64,000 nucleotides of DNA from the human T2T-CHM13v2.0 reference genome, Homo sapiens. Position 1 is the stretch's first letter; the number at the start of each line of letters is the position of its first letter. Below the pieces are notes generated by a model. The model did no database searches, was not told the DNA's origin, and saw only the letters and a list, made by a program, of their open reading frames with translations. The stretch lies in NCBI RefSeq assembly GCF_009914755.1, contig NC_060940.1. One strand, 5' to 3'. The translations under genes were made by a program, and so were the position numbers. Shown here one piece after another: positions 1-12,682 of the stretch.

Positions 1-438
1 TTCAATGATTCCATTCGATTCCGTTTGATGATGATTTCATTCGAGTCCATTTGATGATTCCATTTGATTCCATTCGATGATGATTCCATTCGAGTCCATT
101 CGATGATTCTATTCGAATCCATTTGATGATTTCTTTTGATTATATTTGGTGATGATTCCATTGGAGTCCATTCAATGATTCCATTCGATTCCAATTGATG
201 ATGATTCCATTAGAGTCCATTTAATGATTCCATTTGATTCCAGTCTCTGATGATTACATTCGAGTCCATACGATGATTCCACTCAATTCCATATGATGAT
301 GATTCCATTCGATTCCATTCGATGATTCCATTCTATTCTATTCAATGGTGATTCCATTCGAGTACATTAGATGATTCCATTCGATTCCATTCAATGATGA
401 TTCTATTTGTGTCCCTTAGATGATTCCACATGATTCCA
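1..438. repeat. Partial higher-order unit (tail of the preceding copy)
   Basis: Matches 6123-6560 at lag 6122. Unit phase is set arbitrarily at the recurring anchor at 439. Confidence 0.9.
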
Positions 439-3400
439 TTAGATGATGATACTATTTGAGCCCATCCAATGATTCCCTTCGATTCCATTCGATGAGGATT
501 CCATTCGATTCAATTCATTGGTGATTCTATTCAATTCAATTCTTTGATTCCATTCCATTCCATTCGACAATGATTCCATTCGATTTCTTTCGATGATTCC
601 ACTCGATTCCACTTGACATTGATTCCATTCGATTCCATTCAATGATTCCATTTGATTCCAGTGGATGATGATTGCCATCGATTCCATTCGATCACTCCAT
701 TCTATTCCATTTGATGATGATTACATTCGATTCCATTTGATGATTCCATCTGATTCTATTCGAGGATTCCATTTGATTCCATTCGATGATGATTCCATTC
801 GAGTCCATTCGATGATTTCATTCGAGTACATCCAATGATTCCATTCGTGTCCATTTGATGATTCCATTTGTTTCCATTTGATTATGATTCTACTAGAGTC
901 CATTCAATGACTCCATTCGAGTGCATTCAACAATTCCATTCGACTCCATTCGATGATTGCATTCGATTCCATTTGATGATTCCATTCGAGTCCATTTAAT
1001 CATTACAGTCGAGTCCATTTGGTGATTCCACTGGATTTCTTTTGATAATGATACCATTCCATTACATTTGATGATGATCCCATTCAATTTCATTTGATGA
1101 TGATTCCCTTAGAGTCCATTCGATGATTTCATTCGAGTCCTTTCATTGATTCCATCCGATTTCATTTGATGATGACTCCATTCGAGTCCATTCGATGATT
1201 CCACTCGATTCCATTAGATGATTCCATTGGAGTCCATTTCATTGTTCCATTCGATTCCATTCGATTCCTTTCGAAGATTATTCCATTTGAGTCCATTCGA
1301 TGATGATTACATTCCATTCCATTCGATGATTCCATTTGATTCCATTTGATGATTCCCTTCGATTCCTTTCTTTGATGACTGCATTCCATTCCATTCAATG
1401 TTTCCATTCGAATCTATTCCATGATGATTCCTTTCGATTCCATTCGCTGATGTTTCCGTTCAATTCCATTCGATGATGATTCCATTCGATTCCATTCATT
1501 GAGGATTCCATTTGATTCCATTCAATGATGATTCCGTTCTATTCCATTCAATGATTGCATTCAATTCCATTCAATGATTATCCCATTAGAGTAAACTCAA
1601 CGATTCCATTCAATACCATTCGATGATGATTCCTTTTGAGTTCATTCAATGATTTCATTCAAGTCCATTTGATGATTCCTTTCAATTCCATTCTATGATG
1701 ATTCCATTCGAGTCCATTCGATGATTCCATTCGATTGCATTCCATGATTCCATTATATTCCATTCAACGGTGATTCCATTCGAGTCCATTCGATGATTCC
1801 ATTAGAGTACATTTAATGATTGCTTTGTTTTCAATTCGAAGATGATTACATTCGATTCCATTCTATGATACCATTCGATTCCATTCAATGATGATTCCAC
1901 TCAAATCCATTGGATGATTCCATTCGTGTCCATTCGGTGATTTCATTAGATTCCATTCCAGGATGATTCCTTTCGATTCCATTCGATGATTCCATTCAAT
2001 TCCATTCGATGATGATTCCATTCGAGTCCATATGATCATTCCATTTGATTTCATTCGATGATGATTCCATTCGATTCCATTCGATGATTCCATTCTATTC
2101 CTTTCGATGATGATTCCATTCGAGTCCATTCGATGATTCCATTCGAGTCCATTTAATGATTCCATTGGGTTCAATTCGATGATGATTACATTGGATTCCG
2201 TTCTATGATTCCATTCAATTCCGTTCATTGACAATTTGATTCCATTCGATGATGATTCCATTTGAGTTCATTCGATGATTCTATTCGATTCTCTTCGATG
2301 GTGATTCAATTATATTATATTGGATGATGCCATTCGATTCCATTTGATGTTGATTCAATTCGATTCTATTCGATGATGATTCCATTGGATTTCACTTGAT
2401 GATTCTATTCGATTCCATTCAATGATGATTCACTTCTCGTCCATTGGATGGTTCCATTTCATTCCATTCGATGATGATTCCATTCGATTCCATTCGATGA
2501 TTCCATTTGATTCCATTCGACGGTGACCAATTCGATTCAATTCCATGATGATTCTATTTGATTCAATTAGATGATGTTTCCATTCGAATCCATTCCATGA
2601 TTATTCCATTGGAATCCATTCGGCGATGATTCCATATGAGTCAATTCAATGATGATTCCATATGGGTCCGTTCGATGATAATTCCATTTGATTTCATTCG
2701 ATGCTTCTATTCAATTCCAGTTGATGATGATTCCGTTGGAGTCCATACGATGATTCCATTTGATTTCATTTCATGATGATTCCATTCGATTCCATTCGAT
2801 GATGATTACATTGGATTCCATTCTATGATTCCATTCAATTCCATTCGTTGATGATTCGATTCCATTCAATGATGATTCCATTTGAGTTCATTCGATGATT
2901 CTATTCGATTCCGTTCGATGGTGATTCAATTCTCTTATATTGGATGATTCCACTCGATTCCATTTGATGATTATTCCATTGGAGTCCACTTAGTGAATCC
3001 TTTAGATTCTACTCGAAGATGATTCCATTCGAGTCCATTCGATGGTACCATTCAATTCCATTCGTTGATGCTTCCATTCAAGTGCATTCGATGATATCAT
3101 TCGATTCCATTTGATGATAATTCCATTTGATTCCATGCGATGATTCTATTCGATTCCATTCAATGATAATTCCATTCAATTCAGTGATTCCTCTGGACTC
3201 CATTTGATGATGATTCCATTCAATGATTCCATTCGATTCTATTCGAAAATGATTCCATTTGAATCCATTTGATGATGATTCCATTAGATTCCATTTGATG
3301 ATTCTATTCGATTCCATTCGACGATGATTCCATTCGATTCCATTTGATGATTCCATTCTATTCTATTCGATGATGATTCCATTCGATTCCATTCGATGAT

Positions 3401-6400
3401 GATTGGATTCGATTCCATTTGATGATTTCATTTGATTCCATTCGATAATGATTTTGATCAATTCCATTCGATGATTCCATTCGATTCCATTCGATAATGA
3501 TTACATCCGAGTCCATTCGATGATTCCATTTGAGCCCGTTCGATAATTCCATTTGAGTCCAATCAATGATTGCATTCATTTCCATTCAATGATTCCATTC
3601 GAGTCCATTTGATCATTCCGGTAGGGTCCGTTCGATGTTGATTCCATTGGAGTGCATTCGATGATTCCATTCGAGTCCAATTTATGATTTGGTTCGAGTC
3701 CTTTCGATGATTCCATTCGATTCCACTCGATGATGATTTCATTCGAGTCCATTCGACACTTCCAATCGATTCCATTTGATGTTTCCTTTCGAGTCCAATT
3801 GATGATTCCATTCAATTCCATTCGATGATGATTCCGTACGATTCCACTCTGTGATGATTCCAAGTGATTGCATTCAATGATGATTCCTTTCGATTGCATT
3901 CGATTATGATTCATTTCGTGTTCATTCTATGGTTCCACAGGTTTCCATTCGTGTCCATTCCATTATTCCATTCTATTCCATTTGATGATGATTCCATTCG
4001 ATTCCATTCATTGGTGATTCCACTCAATTCCATTCAATGATTCCATTCCATTTCTTTCAACAATGATTCCATTAGTTTCTAATCGATGATCCACTTGATT
4101 CCATTTGACGACGATTCCATTCTTGTCCATTCGATGATTCCATTTGATTCCATATGATGATGATTCCATTCGATTCCATACCATGATGATTCCATTCGAG
4201 TCCATTCAATGGTGATTCCATTCAATTCCATTCGATGATTCCTTTCGATTCCATTCAATGATGATGACATTCGATTCCTTTCAATCATTCCCTTTGATTC
4301 CATTCAAAGGTGATTTCATTCAAGTCCATTCGATAATTGCATTCGATTCCATTCTATGATGATTCCATTCGAGTCCATTTGATGATTCCATTCAATTCAA
4401 GTCAATGATGATTCCATTCAATTCCATTCGATGATTCCATTGGATTCCATTCGATGATGATTCCATTCAAATCCATTCGATAATTCAATTCAAGTCCATT
4501 CGATGATGATTCCAATCGAATCCATTCAAAGATTCCATTCTGTTCCATTCGATGATTCCCTTAGATTCCATTCGATGATTCCACTTGATTGCATTTACGA
4601 TGATTCCATTCGATTCCATGTGATGATTCCATTCAATTCTATTCAATGATGTCTCCATTTGATTCCATTCGACCATGATTGCCTTTGATTCCATTCAATG
4701 ATTCCATTCGGTTCCGTTTGATGATGATTCCGTTCGATTCCATTTGATGATTCCATTTGATTCCATTGGATGAGTCCATTCGATTACATTCGATGATTAT
4801 TCCATTCGAGTGCATTAGATGATTCCATTCGAGTCCATTCGATGATTCCATTCGATTCCATTCGATGTTGATTCTGTTCAAATCCATTCGATGATTCCAC
4901 TCGATTCCATTCGTTGACTCCATTTGATCCCATTTGATGATTTCCTTTGATTCCCTTTGATGATCATTCCATTTGATTCAATTCGGTGATTTCATTTGAT
5001 TCCATTCAGTGATGTTTCCATTCGACTCCATTCGATGATGATTCCATTCGACTCCATTCGATTATGATTTCATTCAATTCCATTCGATAATGATTCCCTT
5101 CGAGTCCATTCGATGATTCCATTCGATTCCATTCAACGATGATTTGATTCGTGTCCATTCGATGATTCCATTTGATTCCACTTGACGATGATTCCATTCG
5201 AGTCCATTTGATGATTCAATTCAATTCCATACTCCGATGATTTCTTTTGAGCCCACTCAATGCTTCCACTCGATTCCATATGATGATGACTCCATTCGAT
5301 GAAATTCGATGATGATTCCATTCGCTTGCTTTCGATGATGATTCCACTTGAGTCCGTTAGAAGATTCTATTCAATTACATTCCATGACGATTCCGTTCGA
5401 GTGCATTTGATGATTCCATTAGACTCCATTCGACGATGATTCCATTCGATGTTATTCCATGATTCCATTCGATCTCATTCGATGATGATTCCATTCAACT
5501 CCATTCGATGTTTCCATTCGAGTTCATTCTATTATTCCATTAGATTCCATTCGATGATGATTCCATTCGATTCCATTTGATGATTGCATTCTATTTCATT
5601 TGATGATGATTCCATTCGAGTCCACTCGATGATTCCATTCGAGTCCATTTAATGAATCCATTGGTTTCAATTCTATGATGATTACATTGGATTCCATTCG
5701 TTGATGAATTCATTCGGCTCCATTCAATGATGATTCCATTCAATTCCTTTCAATGTTTCCATTCAATTCCATACGATGATGATTCCATTTGATTTGATTC
5801 GACAGTGAGCCATTCGATTCAATTCCATGATGATTCTATTTGATTCAATTGGTTGACATTTCCATTCGATTCCATTCGATGATGATTCCCTTTGATTCCG
5901 TTCAAAGATGATTCCATTCTAGCCCATTCAATCATTCCATTCGATTCTATTCAATGATGATTCCATTCATGTCGATTTGGTGATTCCATTTGACTTCATT
6001 TGATGATGATTCCTTTCAAGTTCATTAGATGATTCCATTCGATTCCATTTGATGATGATCCCATTCGAGTCCATTCAGTGATTCCATTCGTTTCCATTCC
6101 ATGATGATTCCATTCCTTTCCATTCAATGATTCCATTCGATTCCGTTTGATGATGATTTCATTCGAGTCCATTTGATGATTCCATTTGATTCCATTCGAT
6201 GATGATTCCATTCGAGTCCATTCGATGATTCTATTCGAATCCATTTGATGATTTCTTTTGATTATATTTGGTGATGATTCCATTGGAGTCCATTCAATGA
6301 TTCCATTCGATTCCAATTGATGATGATTCCATTAGAGTCCATTTAATGATTCCATTTGATTCCAGTCTCTGATGATTACATTCGAGTCCATACGATGATT

Positions 6401-6560
6401 CCACTCAATTCCATATGATGATGATTCCATTCGATTCCATTCGATGATTCCATTCTATTCTATTCAATGGTGATTCCATTCGAGTACATTAGATGATTCC
6501 ATTCGATTCCATTCAATGATGATTCTATTTGTGTCCCTTAGATGATTCCACATGATTCCA
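439..6560. repeat. Higher-order unit U1, 6122 bp, haplotype A
   Basis: The anchor (ORF-track peptide MESMAIIIHW) recurs at 439 and 6561. Landmarks CCGGTAGGGTCC (3618) and GGTTCCACAGGTTTCC (3931) recur at +6122. Confidence 0.92.
2559..2569 (-). promoter_or_regulatory. Candidate DUX4-binding motif TAATTGAATCA (one per unit except U5 and partial U12)
   Basis: TGATTCAATTA on + is TAATTGAATCA on -, which fits the DUX4 consensus TAAYBBAATCA. It recurs at 8681, 14803, 20915, 30498, 37039, 41971, 46854, 52916 and 58978. The sequence alone does not show binding. Confidence 0.45.
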
Positions 6561-9500
6561 TTAGATGATGATACTATTTGAGCCCATCCAATGATTCCCT
6601 TCGATTCCATTCGATGAGGATTCCATTCGATTCAATTCATTGGTGATTCTATTCAATTCAATTGTTTGATTCCATTCCATTCCATTCGACAATGATTCCA
6701 TTCGATTTCTTTCGATGATTCCACTCGATTCCACTTGACATTGATTCCATTCGATTCCATTCAATGATTCCATTTGATTCCAGTGGATGATGATTGCCAT
6801 CGATTCCATTCGATCACTCCATTCTATTCCATTTGATGATGATTACATTCGATTCCATTTGATGATTCCATCTGATTCTATTCGAGGATTCCATTTGATT
6901 CCATTCGATGATGATTCCATTCGAGTCCATTCGATGATTTCATTCGAGTACATCCAATGATTCCATTCGTGTCCATTTGATGATTCCATTTGTTTCCATT
7001 TGATTATGATTCTACTAGAGTCCATTCAATGACTCCATTCGAGTGCATTCAACAATTCCATTCGACTCCATTCGATGATTGCATTCGATTCCATTTGATG
7101 ATTCCATTCGAGTCCATTTAATCATTACAGTCGAGTCCATTTGGTGATTCCACTGGATTTCTTTTGATAATGATACCATTCCATTACATTTGATGATGAT
7201 CCCATTCAATTTCATTTGATGATGATTCCCTTAGAGTCCATTCGATGATTTCATTCGAGTCCTTTCATTGATTCCATCCGATTTCATTTGATGATGACTC
7301 CATTCGAGTCCATTCGATGATTCCACTCGATTCCATTAGATGATTCCATTGGAGTCCATTTCATTGTTCCATTCGATTCCATTCGATTCCTTTCGAAGAT
7401 TATTCCATTTGAGTCCATTCGATGATGATTACATTCCATTCCATTCGATGATTCCATTTGATTCCATTTGATGATTCCCTTCGATTCCTTTCTTTGATGA
7501 CTGCATTCCATTCCATTCAATGTTTCCATTCGAATCTATTCCATGATGATTCCTTTCGATTCCATTCGCTGATGTTTCCGTTCAATTCCATTCGATGATG
7601 ATTCCATTCGATTCCATTCATTGAGGATTCCATTTGATTCCATTCAATGATGATTCCGTTCTATTCCATTCAATGATTGCATTCAATTCCATTCAATGAT
7701 TATCCCATTAGAGTAAACTCAACGATTCCATTCAATACCATTCGATGATGATTCCTTTTGAGTTCATTCAATGATTTCATTCAAGTCCATTTGATGATTC
7801 CTTTCAATTCCATTCTATGATGATTCCATTCGAGTCCATTCGATGATTCCATTCGATTGCATTCCATGATTCCATTATATTCCATTCAACGGTGATTCCA
7901 TTCGAGTCCATTCGATGATTCCATTAGAGTACATTTAATGATTGCTTTGTTTTCAATTCGAAGATGATTACATTCGATTCCATTCTATGATACCATTCGA
8001 TTCCATTCAATGATGATTCCACTCAAATCCATTGGATGATTCCATTCGTGTCCATTCGGTGATTTCATTAGATTCCATTCCAGGATGATTCCTTTCGATT
8101 CCATTCGATGATTCCATTCAATTCCATTCGATGATGATTCCATTCGAGTCCATATGATCATTCCATTTGATTTCATTCGATGATGATTCCATTCGATTCC
8201 ATTCGATGATTCCATTCTATTCCTTTCGATGATGATTCCATTCGAGTCCATTCGATGATTCCATTCGAGTCCATTTAATGATTCCATTGGGTTCAATTCG
8301 ATGATGATTACATTGGATTCCGTTCTATGATTCCATTCAATTCCGTTCATTGACAATTTGATTCCATTCGATGATGATTCCATTTGAGTTCATTCGATGA
8401 TTCTATTCGATTCTCTTCGATGGTGATTCAATTATATTATATTGGATGATGCCATTCGATTCCATTTGATGTTGATTCAATTCGATTCTATTCGATGATG
8501 ATTCCATTGGATTTCACTTGATGATTCTATTCGATTCCATTCAATGATGATTCACTTCTCGTCCATTGGATGGTTCCATTTCATTCCATTCGATGATGAT
8601 TCCATTCGATTCCATTCGATGATTCCATTTGATTCCATTCGACGGTGACCAATTCGATTCAATTCCATGATGATTCTATTTGATTCAATTAGATGATGTT
8701 TCCATTCGAATCCATTCCATGATTATTCCATTGGAATCCATTCGGCGATGATTCCATATGAGTCAATTCAATGATGATTCCATATGGGTCCGTTCGATGA
8801 TAATTCCATTTGATTTCATTCGATGCTTCTATTCAATTCCAGTTGATGATGATTCCGTTGGAGTCCATACGATGATTCCATTTGATTTCATTTCATGATG
8901 ATTCCATTCGATTCCATTCGATGATGATTACATTGGATTCCATTCTATGATTCCATTCAATTCCATTCGTTGATGATTCGATTCCATTCAATGATGATTC
9001 CATTTGAGTTCATTCGATGATTCTATTCGATTCCGTTCGATGGTGATTCAATTCTCTTATATTGGATGATTCCACTCGATTCCATTTGATGATTATTCCA
9101 TTGGAGTCCACTTAGTGAATCCTTTAGATTCTACTCGAAGATGATTCCATTCGAGTCCATTCGATGGTACCATTCAATTCCATTCGTTGATGCTTCCATT
9201 CAAGTGCATTCGATGATATCATTCGATTCCATTTGATGATAATTCCATTTGATTCCATGCGATGATTCTATTCGATTCCATTCAATGATAATTCCATTCA
9301 ATTCAGTGATTCCTCTGGACTCCATTTGATGATGATTCCATTCAATGATTCCATTCGATTCTATTCGAAAATGATTCCATTTGAATCCATTTGATGATGA
9401 TTCCATTAGATTCCATTTGATGATTCTATTCGATTCCATTCGACGATGATTCCATTCGATTCCATTTGATGATTCCATTCTATTCTATTCGATGATGATT

Positions 9501-12500
9501 CCATTCGATTCCATTCGATGATGATTGGATTCGATTCTATTTGATGATTTCATTTGATTCCATTCGATAATGATTTTGATCAATTCCATTCGATGATTCC
9601 ATTCGATTCCATTCGATAATGATTACATCCGAGTCCATTCAATGATTCCATTTGAGCCCGTTCGATAATTCCATTTGAGTCCAATCAATGATTGCATTCA
9701 TTTCCATTCAATGATTCCATTCGAGTCCATTTGATCATTCCGGTAGGGTCCGTTCGATGTTGATTCCATTGGAGTGCATTCGATGATTCCATTCGAGTCC
9801 AATTTATGATTTGGTTCGAGTCCTTTCGATGATTCCATTCGATTCCACTCGATGATGATTTCATTCGAGTCCATTCGACACTTCCAATCGATTCCATTTG
9901 ATGTTTCCTTTCGAGTCCAATTGATGATTCCATTCAATTCCATTCGATGATGATTCCGTACGATTCCACTCTGTGATGATTCCAAGTGATTGCATTCAAT
10001 GATGATTCCTTTCGATTGCATTCGATTATGATTCATTTCGTGTTCATTCTATGGTTCCACAGGTTTCCATTCGTGTCCATTCCATTATTCCATTCTATTC
10101 CATTTGATGATGATTCCATTCGATTCCATTCATTGGTGATTCCACTCAATTCCATTCAATGATTCCATTCCATTTCTTTCAACAATGATTCCATTAGTTT
10201 CTAATCGATGATCCACTTGGTTCCATTTGACGACGATTCCATTCTTGTCCATTCGATGATTCCATTTGATTCCATATGATGATGATTCCATTCGATTCCA
10301 TACCATGATGATTCCATTCGAGTCCATTCAATGGTGATTCCATTCAATTCCATTCGATGATTCCTTTCGATTCCATTCAATGATGATGGCATTCGATTCC
10401 TTTCAATCATTCCCTTTGATTCCATTCAAAGGTGATTTCATTCAAGTCCATTCGATAATTGCATTCGATTCCATTCTATGATGATTCCATTCGAGTCCAT
10501 TTGATGATTCCATTCAATTCAAGTCAATGATGATTCCATTCAATTCCATTCGATGATTCCATTGGATTCCATTCGATGATGATTCCATTCAAATCCATTC
10601 GATAATTCAATTCAAGTCCATTCGATGATGATTCCAATCGAATCCATTCAAAGATTCCATTCTGTTCCATTCGATGATTCCCTTAGATTCCATTCGATGA
10701 TTCCACTTGATTGCATTTACGATGATTCCATTCGATTCCATGTGATGATTCCATTCAATTCTATTCAATGATGTCTCCATTTGATTCCATTCGACCATGA
10801 TTGCCTTTGATTCCATTCAATGATTCCATTCGGTTCCGTTTGATGATGATTCCGTTCGATTCCATTTGATGATTCCATTTGATTCCATTGGATGAGTCCA
10901 TTCGATTACATTCGATGATTATTCCATTCGAGTGCATTAGATGATTCCATTCGAGTCCATTCGATGATTCCATTCGATTCCATTCGATGTTGATTCTGTT
11001 CAAATCCATTCGATGATTCCACTCGATTCCATTCGTTGACTCCATTTGATCCCATTTGATGATTTCCTTTGATTCCCTTTGATGATCATTCCATTTGATT
11101 CAATTCGGTGATTTCATTTGATTCCATTCAGTGATGTTTCCATTCGACTCCATTCGATGATGATTCCATTCGACTCCATTCGATTATGATTTCATTCAAT
11201 TCCATTCGATAATGATTCCCTTCGAGTCCATTCGATGATTCCATTCGATTCCATTCAACGATGATTTGATTCGTGTCCATTCGATGATTCCATTTGATTC
11301 CACTTGACGATGATTCCATTCGAGTCCATTTGATGATTCCATTCAATTCCATACTCCGATGATTTCTTTTGAGCCCACTCAATGCTTCCACTCGATTCCA
11401 TATGATGATGACTCCATTCGATGAAATTCGATGATGATTCCATTCGCTTGCTTTCGATGATGATTCCACTTGAGTCCGTTAGAAGATTCTATTCAATTAC
11501 ATTCCATGACGATTCCGTTCGAGTCCATTTGATGATTCCATTAGACTCCATTCGACGATGATTCCATTCGATGTTATTCCATGATTCCATTCGATCTCAT
11601 TCGATGATGATTCCATTCAACTCCATTCGATGTTTCCATTCGAGTTCATTCTATTATTCCATTAGATTCCATTCGATGATGATTCCATTCGATTCCATTT
11701 GATGATTGCATTCTATTTCATTTGATGATGATTCCATTCGAGTCCACTCGATGATTCCATTCGAGTCCATTTAATGAATCCATTGGTTTCAATTCTATGA
11801 TGATTACATTGGATTACATTCGTTGATGATTTCATTCGGTTCCATTCAATGATGATTCCATTCAATTCCTTTCAATGTTTCCATTCAATTCCATACGATG
11901 ATGATTCCATTTGATTTGATTCGACAGTGAGCCATTCGATTCAATTCCATGATGATTCTATTTGATTCAATTGGTTGACATTTCCATTCGATTCCATTCG
12001 ATGATGATTCCCTTTGATTCCGTTCAAAGATGATTCCATTCTAGCCCATTCAATCATTCCATTCGATTCTATTCAATGATGATTCCATTCATGTCGATTT
12101 GGTGATTCCATTTGACTTCATTTGATGATGATTCCTTTCAAGTTCATTAGATGATTCCATTCGATTCCATTTGATGATGATCCCATTCGAGTCCATTCAG
12201 TGATTCCATTCGTTTCCATTCCATGATGATTCCATTCCTTTCCATTCAATGATTCCATTCGATTCCGTTTGATGATGATTTCATTCGAGTCCATTTGATG
12301 ATTCCATTTGATTCCATTCGATGATGATTCCATTCGAGTCCATTCGATGATTCTATTCGAATCCATTTGATGATTTCTTTTGATTATTTTTGGTGATGAT
12401 TCCATTGGAGTCCATTCAATGATTCCATTCTATTCCAATCGATGATGATTCCATTAGAGTCCATTTAATGATTCCATTTGATTCCAGTCTCTGATGATTA

Positions 12501-12682
12501 CATTCGAGTCCATACGATGATTCCACTCAATTCCATATGATGATGATTCCATTTGATTCCATTCGGTGATTCCATTCTATTCTATTCAATGGTGATTCCA
12601 TTCGAGTACATTAGATGATTCCATTCGATTCCATTCAATGATGATTCTATTTGTGTCCCTTAGATGATTCCACATGATTCCA
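6561..12682. repeat. Higher-order unit U2, 6122 bp (A-type, switching to B-type near 11810)
   Basis: Anchor spacing 6561 to 12683. B-type variants start at about 11816 (GGATTACATTCGTTGATGATTTCATTCGGTTCC). Confidence 0.9.

Noticed and set aside
547-565. Pure CATTC runs suggesting HSat3 or HSF1 stress-body satellite
   Set aside because: Runs are only 3-4 pentamers long, and the dominant CATTCGATTC/GATGAT pattern is HSat2.
3618-3946. GC-richer islands CCGGTAGGGTCC and GGTTCCACAGGTTTCC as possible inserted elements
   Set aside because: They stay in register with the monomer and are clusters of substitutions. There is no target-site duplication, poly-A or terminal repeat, so they are useful only as unit landmarks.
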